This document shows positions 31,251-41,493 of a stretch of 64,000 bases of DNA, in pieces; positions within the stretch are counted from its first letter, which is position 1, and each line of letters begins with the position of its first letter. Location: positions 1,728,001 to 1,792,000 of the forward strand of contig CBDCCK010000002.1 of NCBI GenBank assembly GCA_965214835.1. The letters are read 5' to 3'. This DNA comes from Nitrosopumilaceae archaeon (lineage in GTDB: Archaea; Thermoproteota; Nitrososphaeria; Nitrososphaerales; Nitrosopumilaceae). The translations under genes were made by a program, and so were the position numbers. The notes beneath the pieces were generated by a model. That model made no database searches. It was not told the origin of the DNA and saw only the letters and a program-made list of their open reading frames with translations.

Positions 31251-31588
31251 CCTCAAACGACGTGGATCCCCGGGGTACGATTGAGCTGATTGAAAGGATG
31301 AAGCTTGCCAGGGTTGGCGAGCATGCCAGATTGGAAAGGCTTGCAAAAAAGATCAGAAACATGCAGGCGCTAGGGGAGGACGAGGTGGAGTATCTTGCGA
31401 GGTTTGCAAGGGTCTACAACGGCTCAGGGGTGACATCTAGGAGTAGGATTCTGCACGTAAGGCTGTCAGAGGAGGATCAAAGGCCAAGGTGCCAGGTCTG
31501 CGAGGAAAAGTCAGAGTTTTACTGCAACCAAAATGACGTGTACCTTTGCGCCGCGCACATAGTCGGGCACGATGAGAACGAGAGGTGA
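31247..31588 (+). CDS. Conserved hypothetical protein with a B-box-like Zn finger
   Basis: CQVC...C--ND-YLC--H--GH; ATGA overlap with the AKR gene. Confidence 0.65.
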   Translation: MTSNDVDPRGTIELIERMKLARVGEHARLERLAKKIRNMQALGEDEVEYLARFARVYNGSGVTSRSRILHVRLSEEDQRPRCQVCEEKSEFYCNQNDVYLCAAHIVGHDENER

Positions 31589-32611
31589 TCAGGCAGGTAT
31601 TGTCTCCTCCAGCGAGAAATCACCCTCTACAAAGTACTCCACGCGGGTCTTTTTGAACTCGCGTGAGCTGAAGAGTATCTTGTACTGATGAACGCCGATC
31701 TGCTCCTCGATCTGCGATGCCACGGCGTTTGCCTCATCGACGCTCTTGCAGTGAATCATGGAGAACACGTTGTAGGGCCAGTCCGGATAGGTCGGCCTCT
31801 GGTAGCAGTGGCTCACCTGCGGAAACGCGCCTAGCTTTTCCCCTACGGCCTCTATATCGCCCTCTGGTACCTTCCAGACAATCATTCCGTTGGCCGTAAA
31901 GCCTGCATCCCTGTGTCTGAGTATGGCCGCAAACCTCCTCAGGACCCCGATTTCCTCATACTCCCGGAGTTTTGCAAAAATCTCACGGACCGTCATCCCC
32001 AGCTTTTCAGAGTAGGCCAAAAACGGCTCGTCTACAATCTCAAGATCCTTTTGCAGCTGGCGGATGAACTCCTTGTCGTCCTCTGTGGGCTCGAACCTCT
32101 CATCCCTGACTTTTTTCTTCTCCTCGGAGGGCCTGACCTCGTGCTTTTTTTCCTCCACCATGTCCAGTTTTACGCCTATCTTGAACAGCCTGATCGTAGG
32201 CAGCATCCTGACCCTTTTGATTCCCGAGAGCACTGAGAACTTGTCCAGCTCCGTCTTGAGGTCAGAGCCGGGCGGGGTGGCCAGAGTAAACCACAGGTTA
32301 AACTCGTGCCTCCTCTCGTAGTTGTGGCTCACGCCGGGATGCCTGTTGATCTGGCCGGCCACATGCTCTAGTTTTTCAGGCTCGACCTCCATTGCAACAA
32401 GGGAGCTCCGGTAGCCGAGCCTCCTGGTATCAAAGATGGCGCTGAGCTGCCGTAAGACGCCGGACCGCTTCATCTGCCTTAGCTTGTCCATTACGACCTC
32501 GGGGGATGAGTTGAATTTCTTTGCTATGGCATGGTACGGCCTTTCGGTCAGGGGAAAGGTCCACTGGATCTCGTTTAGAATCTCCCTGTCCAGATCATCC
32601 ATGGATGCCAA
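31589..32611 (-). CDS. ahbAB: Siroheme decarboxylase AhbA-AhbB (NirDL-like) fusion, Lrp/AsnC fold
   Basis: VSHNYERRHEFNLWFT and VSHCYQRPTYPDWPYNVFSMIH...REFKK motifs. Confidence 0.88.
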   Translation of the reverse strand: MASMDDLDREILNEIQWTFPLTERPYHAIAKKFNSSPEVVMDKLRQMKRSGVLRQLSAIFDTRRLGYRSSLVAMEVEPEKLEHVAGQINRHPGVSHNYERRHEFNLWFTLATPPGSDLKTELDKFSVLSGIKRVRMLPTIRLFKIGVKLDMVEEKKHEVRPSEEKKKVRDERFEPTEDDKEFIRQLQKDLEIVDEPFLAYSEKLGMTVREIFAKLREYEEIGVLRRFAAILRHRDAGFTANGMIVWKVPEGDIEAVGEKLGAFPQVSHCYQRPTYPDWPYNVFSMIHCKSVDEANAVASQIEEQIGVHQYKILFSSREFKKTRVEYFVEGDFSLEETIPA

Positions 32612-32808
32612 TACTGGCAGAATTCAGCAGTTCAATTAAAAATGTAACGTAGGGCACGGGGACAACCGGTTGGGCGGGGCACGGGGGATGAGGCCGATGC
32701 CGAGACCAATCCCGGCGGAACCGGAGAAAAAATGCACAATCTCCAGCGAGACAATGACGGCAAGAATCTTGACGTCGGCAAGTCGGTCAACAAGGAGGGA
32801 ATGGAGTA

Positions 32809-32994
32809 ATGGGGTACAATTACGGCCAGAGGCGCGGCAGGGGGCAGGAGCTCAACGTAGGCCACGATGACAGTCTCATCGGCTATGCGCTCAGTGATCA
32901 GAATCTATCCTTTGAAAAACACGACGTGCAGGACGTGGCCGATATTGTGAACCGCCAGCTTGATGATGCAGAGAGGAGGCTGAGGCGCAGATGA
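32809..32994 (+). CDS. Small hypothetical protein of a probable viral operon remnant
   Basis: TAATG overlap with an upstream 5'-truncated frame (...VNKEGME*) and ATGA overlap with the next gene. Confidence 0.55.
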   Translation: MGYNYGQRRGRGQELNVGHDDSLIGYALSDQNLSFEKHDVQDVADIVNRQLDDAERRLRRR

Positions 32995-33455
32995 GCAGCA
33001 GGAGGGAACCAATCGAGGACGACGGCGGCACGTCCAATATCGCGCCATATGCCACGCTAACCGGGCTACTGCAATTCTTGGGGCTGGAGGAGGCCGCGCC
33101 GGTACTGGAGGGCCGTATTCAGCAGTGCCTTGACGCGGCCAACCAGTCCGTTGATGCCGAGCTAGCGCCGTACCTACACGAGGACATACCGCTAAAGCCA
33201 GGATCCAACATGGTGCAGCTGATAGGCAACCTCGTGATCTACAAGGCACTCTCAATCTATTATCTGACAGTGAACCACAGCAAGGAGCAGTCCGAGCATC
33301 ATATGCAGATTTACAAGAACCTCATGGAATCACTAGTTACAATGCTCAAGGCAGAGCGCAACACCAGGACAAAAACGGCGCTGGTGGCCGCCGAGGATCC
33401 CTTGCAGGACCGCGTACAGCTGCCCTCCCAGAGGGACGCGTTTATTCTGGATTAG
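32991..33455 (+). CDS. Putative phage head-tail adaptor/connector (gp6/gp15/Mu gp36-like)
   Basis: YATL--LLQFLG...IQQCLDAANQSVDAEL...PL...KALSIYY helical pattern; GGAGG SD upstream. Confidence 0.5.
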   Translation: MSSRREPIEDDGGTSNIAPYATLTGLLQFLGLEEAAPVLEGRIQQCLDAANQSVDAELAPYLHEDIPLKPGSNMVQLIGNLVIYKALSIYYLTVNHSKEQSEHHMQIYKNLMESLVTMLKAERNTRTKTALVAAEDPLQDRVQLPSQRDAFILD

Positions 33456-33548
33456 TTTGGTTTATAACAACACTGTACGGGATGCAGTGCATGGATTCAG
33501 ACCAGAGTGCAAGGCCGTCGTCAGCTTGGTATCTGGCACCGATATTCC

Positions 33549-34651
33549 TATAGTGACGACCATAAGTTTTTGATCAACCCGGATCCGACCCGATATACGA
33601 CATAATATCATCCGCGAAGCTGGTAGTCCTCAGGTATTCTGACAGCGTCTTTCTCATCTCCTCGAATGTTGCATAGTACTCGGAGACGAGGACGTCCCGC
33701 TTTGCCCGGTGCCAGTATTCCTCCATGCCGCTGAGCTCCGGGGTGGCAACCGGCAGATACCTGACCCTTACGGTGTCCGAATTGTCTGCCACGAACTTTT
33801 TTACATCCCGGGTGGTATGCGCAGACGCGCCGTCCATTATTACCGGGACCTTTCCAAAGTGACTGCGGGGCTCCTTGAGATACCTGAGGAATGTCGGGCC
33901 GTCAAACTTGTCGTACGTCCGGAGGAAGCGGCGTCCGTCCGTGGCAATTGCGCCATAGGCCACAGTCCTGCGGCGGTTCCCCCTGTATGTAACCGTGATC
34001 GGCGTTCCTACTGCAGACCAGTACCTGCGCCCGACGATCGGGGCGTCTACGAAGATCGACTCGTCCTGGATTACGGTGGTAAAACCCTCCCCTTCCAGGC
34101 GTGAAATATGCCTTTTTGCGTTGCGCTGCCACCTGCGTATGGTGTCGACGTCTGCCTTGCTCTTGTGCACAAGCTCCGGCGTCTTGGGCTACATGTTCTG
34201 CTCCCTCATCAGCCTCCTGGCAGAGGACGGGTGGTACTGCACGCCGGTCCTGTCGCGTATTTCGACGGCCAGAATCCTGGGTGTGATCACGCCGTCGTGG
34301 GCATCATCGATGATCTCGGAGATGATCTCGGGCTTTACCTTGGGCGGCCTTCCGCTGCGGGAGTGATCCCGGGGGCATCAATGTCCCCCTTCCTCAAAGC
34401 GGCTGATCCACTGCCGTATGCAGTTGGGGGCACGCATGAGAAGTTTTGCCGTACTGCCTACGTCCTCACCATGTACACAGACTGCGTTGACTGCTGCTAT
34501 CCTGAGCACGACCGGGGGATCCTTTTCTGTCTTTGATGCCGCTCTGAGCTCCTCCGTCAGTTCAGTATCCATGCAATACATGGAACATGGCGATCAAAAT
34601 GTGTTGCTGCTGGTTTTTTTTTGACCTCAAAGACTTTTAATCGTCACTATA
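33549..34651 (-). mobile_element. IS630-family element with a frameshifted transposase
   Basis: TA|TAGTGACGA...TCGTCACTA|TA; ORF pieces 34378-34581 and 33574-34170 (QDESIF, MDGASAH, PELSGMEEYW). Confidence 0.9.
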
Positions 34652-35086
34652 GGACTGATCGGCGGATTCATCATGTATTTTGGAATTAGGGATCGTGATC
34701 CGGGCAGGGCGAGAAATGGCATGGTTATCGGGATCGTGATTACGGTTATGTTCCTGATATTGATCATGTTTGCAATATACGCGTCACAACAAGCGATCAT
34801 AAATTCTGGTGTCCGCGAACAATTGGAAGAGGCTCGCGAGCAACTGGATGCATATGACCCACGGCCCGAGCCCGAACCGTCAACGACAGAACAGGAAACA
34901 CCAACACCTCAGAACCCGACACTAGACAAAATCATTGCTTATGATCCGTCACTAGCTGCGATGTTTTCTGATGCCAGATTTAACAGCCCAAATAGGGAGC
35001 CCTCTCATGACGAGTTTTGGATCAAGACGGAGGATGGCGTATTCACACAATTCACTCTCGAGTACATGGCCTCGCTGATTGATAAT

Positions 35087-36454
35087 CAGTAGTTGAAAAT
35101 GTACCCCATAAATCCGTCTAGCCGGGATCATGCCGCCGTCGCCCCACCCCGATCCTGTCGGCATCCGGCGCACGGAGGCAGCACGAATACAGGACCACGG
35201 CATACATCAGAGTCAGCAGCGCCATGACGCGGGTCTTTGGGTCTCCCGAGTCCCTCATTGTCAGCCATATGTTGCATACTGCAAGCGACATGTAAAACAA
35301 AAGCACACGCAGGATAGGATTCCTGCTGACGGTCCGCGGCCTGACGCTCTTGGCACAGCGGTATCCGGTCTCTATGCCCCACCTGTTCCGGTACTCTCTT
35401 GTCACATGGCAGAACAGCTGCCGATAGCTGCAGCAGCGCACCGTGGTCGCAAACACGTGGTATCTGTCAAAGACGTTCTTTGCCTTGGACCTTGGGATCT
35501 TCTTGATGACCAGCGTGAACGTGAACTCTTTGCCGTCTGACGACCTCATGGTATACCTTGATACTGCCTTTCTCTTGCCGCGGGCGCGCTGCACTATGGC
35601 CCTCTTTATCCCCGGCGTCTTGACTGCGGGCATGATGAATGCAAACCCGGGTTCGGATATGGCATCCATTACATCGACCGAAAAGAACCCCCTGTCAAGC
35701 AGGATGACGCTGCGCCTTGACCCAAGCCTGGGCGTAATGCCCAGAGCGGCGCATTTTTTGAGCATATTACGCACCAGATCGGCCTGTTTGTCGCCCTCGG
35801 TCACCATGCGGCAGGCCGTATGCACGTCGGCGCCGGCCTTGGATGTCAGCTTGCATGTCATGTACTGCTCATAGTTGATGGTGCCCCTGTCGCGCTTTGA
35901 CTTTACCAGGTGCTTTATGTCGGTTTTCTTGTCGTATCTGGGCAGCTTGGTCTCGTCTATGGCAAGGACAGGCGCCTTGTGGCTCCTTTGGAGGGAGCAA
36001 AGCTGCCTGCCCACCGCCTCGGCGGCCGTGTAATGCAGCATTGCATCGCACCTTTTCTCCATCGTGGACAGTCTTGCGTGCCCCAGCTTTGCAAGAAGCC
36101 AGGCCGAGCTGGGCACCGCGGCCCCGGCGCCTTCTGATGCAAGAAGTGCAAGCTTTTGGGCGGTATAGTGCGCACATGCGGAACGCTCCGACATGGATGC
36201 AATCAGGCGGGAGGCGTCTTCCAAGCCCCACATGGCGTTGTGTCTTGAGGAGAACTTGATTTTCAGCATGCCTACTGCGGTAACCAAGAATTTAAATCCG
36301 GCCTCACCGTACCTTGTGTGGTGTTTCTGTTGGGTTTGGTTCATTATCAAGGTAGACAGGAACACCGCTGTTTATAGCTCGATTGGTGAAAAAATCATGT
36401 CAACTTGTTCAAAACATTCAGACACTTAAAAAGGGGGTACATTTTCAACTACTG
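35087..36454 (-). mobile_element. ISH3-family element
   Basis: TIR CAGTAGTTGAAAATGTACCCC; 5-bp TSD ATAAT on both sides. Confidence 0.93.
35118..36344 (-). CDS. ISH3-family transposase
   Basis: LAIDET, LLDRGFFSV and YRNRWGIETGYR motifs. Confidence 0.9.
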   Translation of the reverse strand: MNQTQQKHHTRYGEAGFKFLVTAVGMLKIKFSSRHNAMWGLEDASRLIASMSERSACAHYTAQKLALLASEGAGAAVPSSAWLLAKLGHARLSTMEKRCDAMLHYTAAEAVGRQLCSLQRSHKAPVLAIDETKLPRYDKKTDIKHLVKSKRDRGTINYEQYMTCKLTSKAGADVHTACRMVTEGDKQADLVRNMLKKCAALGITPRLGSRRSVILLDRGFFSVDVMDAISEPGFAFIMPAVKTPGIKRAIVQRARGKRKAVSRYTMRSSDGKEFTFTLVIKKIPRSKAKNVFDRYHVFATTVRCCSYRQLFCHVTREYRNRWGIETGYRCAKSVRPRTVSRNPILRVLLFYMSLAVCNIWLTMRDSGDPKTRVMALLTLMYAVVLYSCCLRAPDADRIGVGRRRHDPG

Positions 36455-36555
36455 ATAATGTATACTAACCCCCTCTTTTTTCTTTGTACAACATCAGGCC
36501 CTCAACTTTCTAGGCGCAAGACATCCATCCAAATTTCCCATTCACGTCTGATTTC

Positions 36556-36873
36556 ATGGAGAACTTTACGTTGTACTTTTCTTTGAATAAAAAGTCAAAA
36601 TTTTTCATTGTAATTTTATTGTCAATAGCTATTCTAATTTCAATTAGTATGGTTAGGTATGAATACAGATATTCTATGTCTGAACCTGTCTATACAGGCA
36701 ATCCTGATGAATGTTGGTTTGAAGACGACACTGGAAAAATGACTGCGTGTAAAATAGAATCAGTCAACTCAGCGCACAAACTTCTGGCATCTGGTTTTTT
36801 TCGCGTTGGGCCTTGGGCAATTGTTGGTTTATTGATTTTTTTTATCTATTATACGAAAGTTAGGTCGCACTAA
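36556..36873 (+). CDS. Small two-TM membrane protein, AT-rich
   Basis: Two hydrophobic helices flanking a short Cys-containing loop. Confidence 0.55.
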   Translation: MENFTLYFSLNKKSKFFIVILLSIAILISISMVRYEYRYSMSEPVYTGNPDECWFEDDTGKMTACKIESVNSAHKLLASGFFRVGPWAIVGLLIFFIYYTKVRSH

Positions 36874-36943
36874 TTTGAAGAGGGTGGTTAAAAAGGACTA
36901 CTTTGGGCTTTATAGACGCTATATGAAATCTTATCTGTATCCT

Positions 36944-37064
36944 CAGTCTTCCCAGAAGTACGCGATTCATGACTGTCCAGATACCGGCAAGTGAATCTGC
37001 AGGCGTCATAACTTGGTTTGCTTCAAATCCGGAGCCGTTTTCTGGGTTACTTCTGGGAAGACTG
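36944..37064. mobile_element. MITE family C (121 bp), best-preserved copy
   Basis: Perfect 17-bp inverted ends CAGTCTTCCCAGAAGTA / TACTTCTGGGAAGACTG. Confidence 0.85.
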
Positions 37065-37080
37065 AACATTTGCTGACGGC

Positions 37081-37377
37081 GTGGAAAAGATACATGAGCG
37101 AAGGCTCCGCATCAAGGACAACTCTTCATTTTTTGTGGTCGTTCCGTCCGTGATGGTACAAAGCCTGGGTTTGAGACCAGGCGAGCACATACGGTTCCAC
37201 GACCTTGGTGGCAAAGTCGTGCTGACACCCGGTGGAAAGAGCCTGTCAAAAAAGGACTTCACAGACGTTGACCGGTATGAGCGGGCCTTTGATGAGGCAA
37301 TGAAGGAAGGCAGACAAAAGATCGAAGGCTCCCCCGCCGGAGAGGCCGTCCCTATAGCAATGATCAGAAGTCTTTGA
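37081..37377 (+). CDS. AbrB/MazE/SpoVT-family DNA-binding protein, C-terminus replaced by IS630 sequence
   Basis: SSFFVVVP---V-SLGLRPGE-I-F...VVLTP pattern; the last codons come from the IS TIR. Confidence 0.75.
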   Translation: MEKIHERRLRIKDNSSFFVVVPSVMVQSLGLRPGEHIRFHDLGGKVVLTPGGKSLSKKDFTDVDRYERAFDEAMKEGRQKIEGSPAGEAVPIAMIRSL

Positions 37378-38464
37378 GCCAAAACGGGATCATTCGAAAA
37401 GTATATGGATCGCCTAACCGGCGCAGAGGTATGGCAAAAGAAACAGACAGAAGCCTGTCAGAGGCCATGCGCAAGGAAAAGGATGTCAAAGTCTACAAGA
37501 AGATCATGGCGCTGATGTTTGTGCTAGAGGACGACGTGGGCGTGCCCGAGACTGCAAGAAGGGTCCGGTGCAGCGAGAATTCCGTGCGCAACTGGCTGGC
37601 GAGGTTTTCGGAGGACGGCATAGACGGCCTCCGGGATCTTCCCCGTTCCGGACGCAGGCCAAGGGCGGACAGAGAAAGTATTGCCGCCATAATGGACCTG
37701 TCCACTGCATGCAAAAGTACCGACGTCATGACGGTACGCGACGACATAAGGGATGCCACCGGGACAGAATACGGCATGGAACATGTCCGAAGGCTGATGC
37801 GCCGGCACGGCCTGTCGCGCCGCAAGGTGCAAAATATACATGCCAGCCATGCCGCCCCGAGCTCGGTATACTCGTGGCAGTGGTATCTTGAAAACGTGCG
37901 GATTCCGTGCCTGAAAGACGACGGTTTTACGCCGGTATCCTCTGACGAGTCGTTCTTTGTGCAGGGCGCATACGACAGGCACGTATGGGGTCCGGTCGGC
38001 ACCAGAAGCGTGGCATCGTATTCGGGGGACCACACAAAGGTGGCCGTGTTTGGAAGCATCGCAGAGGACGGCAGAAGGCTGTTCAGGACGCTTGCAGGAT
38101 CCTTTACGTCGGTGCAGTTCATGGAATGTCTGGAGGCGCTGCGCGCCAAGTTCGGCAGGGCTGCCGTCTTTTGCGACAGGCGGGGCGCGCGCAGATCTGC
38201 TGACGTCGCAGAATATCTGGCCGGCCATCCCGACGTCAGGCTGATAATGATCCCGAGGGGATCGCCGTACCTCAATGTCGTGGAAGAATGCTGGAACCTG
38301 GGCAAGCATGCCGTGTTCATGGGGATAGTGTACAGAAAGATCAGCGAGCTGCGGCACACCGTATCCGAGTATTACAGGACGGCGTCGTTTGCCCACCTCT
38401 GCATGTACAAGTACATCTACAGATCGCCGGTCAAAGCCCTCAATTACTTGTGACCGTTGCTATA
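37353..38464 (+). mobile_element. IS630-family element, type A copy 2 (transposase 37431-38453)
   Basis: TA|TAGCAATG...CGTTGCTA|TA; protein closely similar to 3735-4754. Confidence 0.9.
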
Positions 38465-39333
38465 ATTTTGAAGTGATAGATGGGCAGCAGCGAACCATTT
38501 CTATCTGCCAATATGTAGGCGGTGACTTTTCAATTGACGGGATGGCATTTCATAATCTCCAAAAAGACAAACAGGAACAGATACTGAATTACACTTTAAT
38601 GGTTTATCTGTGCTCTGGAACCGACAGTGAAAAATTAGATTGGTTCGAGACAATCAACATTGCAGGAGAGGAACTCACAAACCAGGAATTACGGAATGCC
38701 GTTTACTCCGGTTCGTGGGTTTCAGATGCAAAACGCTATTTTTCCAAAGACAGCCGCCCAAAAATCGGTGATGACTATCTGGGTGGTGTTGCAAACAGGC
38801 AGGATTATTTGGAAACTGCCATTAATTGGATTTCTGACGGACACATCAATGACTATATGTCAAAGCATCAGCATGACAAGAACGCAAAGGTGTTGTGGGA
38901 ATACTTTAAGGCAGTAATAGACTGGGTTAAGACTACTTTTACTCACTATCGAAAGGAAATGAAGGGGGTTCCGTTCGGCACACTATACAACGAGTACAAG
39001 AATGAAAAATTTGACGCAGAGAGGCTGGAAGAGGAGACTGCCAGTCTGATGGAGGATGAGGATGTGACAAACAAAAAAGGTGTCTATTCTTACCTTCTGA
39101 CCAGAAAAGAAAAATTTCTAAACATACGCGCCTTTAACACCAAGCAAAAAAGGGAGACATATGAAAGACAGAAAGGCATCTGTGACAAATGTGACAGACA
39201 TTTTGAAATTGATGAAATGGAGGCAGATCACAAAAAGCCCTGGCATAAGGGCGGAAAAACCGTAACGGATAACTGTCAGATGCTCTGCAAGAAATGCCAT
39301 GATGATAAATCAAGAAGCCGCTTTCGCGGCTAG
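38465..39333 (+). pseudogene. DUF262 + HNH (GmrSD-like) restriction endonuclease, N-terminus lost at the IS630 end
   Basis: EVIDGQQR, F--IN--G--L---ELRNA and EADH-KPW-KGG-T---NCQMLCKKCH motifs. Confidence 0.85.
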
Positions 39334-39635
39334 GGCGCCATCGCTTCAATCTGGAGAAGATCCACATTTCAGGTGTCCAAGCTCACACAGAACAATCTGA
39401 AAGGCCCAGATTGCATGGCCTTCCTGATCCCGGTGAAATTCCATGTCCCGAAGATTGCACAGAACCCCGGCCCACAAGGTTTAAAATGCAACACATCCTA
39501 TTAAGATTAGTTTCTGAGACTATGCTAGTTACACTAGCCTTTTTTAATTAAAATTAAGCTGATTGTCAACAAAAGTTGAAAATAAACCGATCAAAAAAAA
39601 AGTTTAATAGCCCTGTCTTATGATTTAAAGACATA

Positions 39636-40358
39636 ATGGACAGCATCTGTGTGAGGACTCCACTCCATATCCAACAGCTATTAGAAACTAAATCCATGGA
39701 GAAAAGCATGACAGTAGGTCAGTATGCCGAGCATCTCGTAAGGAAGGGCATCTCCACAATCATGTATTATCATCAATTCCATGCAAACGGCGATACTCTA
39801 GGTGAGAAGGTCACCAGCTCATTGGTGAGGTATGGGATAAAGAGCGCCTCCAACATACGTCTAGGTGCTAGGATCAAGATCGATCCCATACAGTTGGCAG
39901 CCGAAGAGGATCAGCGCTGGGAGCAGATAGTAACCATGTACCAAGGTGCAGCTAAAACGAGCGGCACGACATTCCTGATAACCAGTCAGCTGAACGAGTT
40001 CATACGGGACGCCGCCAAGCAGTTACACAAACCGATGAGCCTTGTGTTTTTGACATATTTGCAGTTGGGTCTTGCCGTATTGGTTTGGCGCGGCGGCCGT
40101 AGTGAGGATCTGCCGCGAAAGGACATAGAGCGCATAGACCAAATACTGGATGACATCTACATGTCTGAGGCCGAGCTGGAGTTCACTGGACGTGGCTTGG
40201 AAGTATACATCGTCAAAAAAAAAGCAAGTCCCAAAATCCCTCATGGAGAGGCAATTAAAATGATCAAAGATGGTCCGTTGGCTAGACCACGAATCAACGC
40301 CAACCGAGACCGCCAAAAGCAACCTCCAAAACCAAGAGGTCAAGGAGGCTACCAATGA
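39636..40358 (+). CDS. Hypothetical protein with two ribbon-helix-helix-like segments
   Basis: SICVRTPLHIQQLLETKSMEKSMTVGQYAEHLVRKGI and TTFLITSQLNEFIRDAAKQLHKPMSLVFLTYLQLGL; long AT-rich upstream region. Confidence 0.55.
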   Translation: MDSICVRTPLHIQQLLETKSMEKSMTVGQYAEHLVRKGISTIMYYHQFHANGDTLGEKVTSSLVRYGIKSASNIRLGARIKIDPIQLAAEEDQRWEQIVTMYQGAAKTSGTTFLITSQLNEFIRDAAKQLHKPMSLVFLTYLQLGLAVLVWRGGRSEDLPRKDIERIDQILDDIYMSEAELEFTGRGLEVYIVKKKASPKIPHGEAIKMIKDGPLARPRINANRDRQKQPPKPRGQGGYQ

Positions 40359-40359
40359 C

Positions 40360-41457
40360 TATACTGATGGTCATTGAAAATTTCGCCTGATCACACATCT
40401 TGTAAAGGTTTATAGCTCCCCACCATGTCACTCCCGGCATGAACAAGACGAAAATCCTCACGGATGCCATGCATGTCGAAAAGGATCTCAAGACTCACAC
40501 CAGAATCATGGCGGTGCGCTCCGTACTGCTTGGCAACACCACCGCACATACTGCGGAGATTGCCGACGTGACACAGCGCACCGTACAGATGTGGGTTGAA
40601 AGGTTCGAGCTTGACGGCATCGAGGGCCTCCGTGACTCCCCCAACAGGGGCAAAAAACCAAAGGTTCCGGTCGGCAGGATAAAAAAGATCGCCACGAGGC
40701 TGCGCAGGATGGAAAAGCTCACCCCGAAGAAGCTGTGCAACTGGGTGCGCCACAGGCTGCATGTCACATACAGCGTGGGAAGCATCAGGAGGATCCTGCG
40801 CGCGATGGGGTTTTCGCTAAAGACATCAACTACCAAGCTGGCAGATGCTGCCGACGCAAAAGCTGTAAGACGGTGGCAAAGAGAGGCAAAAACTGCGATA
40901 AAGCTTGCAAAAAGGCGCGGATTTAGGATAACCGTACAGGACGAATCGATATTCGTCAGTACGGGAAGGGACGGCAAAAAGTTCTGGTCGCCCGTGGGGG
41001 ACAGGATCGAGGTGGAACGATCCGGCAGAAGGGAGCGCGTCGTGGTATACGGGACGATTGCAGACGACGGAACCAGGCTGATGCGCACGTACGACAGGTT
41101 CAACAGCGCAAACTTTGTGCATTATCTTAAACAGGCGCACAAAAAGTGGGGAAAGGTCCTGATGGTGATGGACAACGCAGCACAGCACAAGACCAAAAAG
41201 GTCCGCAGATACCTAAAGAAAAATCCCGACGTTGTCTTGCTGTACCTGCCGGTAGTTAGGCCGGAGCTGAGCGCCATAGAGGCAGTCTGGAAGGATGCCA
41301 AGTACAGGCTGGTCACGTCTGCCTTTTACGACACGGTGGATCACCTCAAAAAGGCCGTCTCGGAATACTTTAGGACGTGTTCCATCAGGGTTGACATCTA
41401 CAAGTATCTTGAGCGCAGCTTGTAAGGGAGGCGAAATTTTCAATGGTCATCAGTATA
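40360..41457 (+). mobile_element. IS630-family element (intact transposase 40439-41425)
   Basis: TA|TACTGATGGTCATTGAAAATTTCGCCT...AGGCGAAATTTTCAATGGTCATCAGTA|TA; QDESIF, MDNAAQH and PELSAIEAVW motifs. Confidence 0.93.
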
Positions 41458-41493
41458 GTAGGTTCCAGCCCATTATAAGATTTGCTAGGTGGT

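Larger units (their letters stand above)
33491..36468 (+). pseudogene. Membrane protein interrupted twice (IS630 near the 5' end, ISH3 near the 3' end)
   Basis: Rejoined: MDSDQSARPSSAWYLAPIFL|GLIGGFIMYFGIRDRDPGRARNGMVIG...ASLIDN|VY*; both junctions restore the frame after removing one TSD. Confidence 0.85.
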
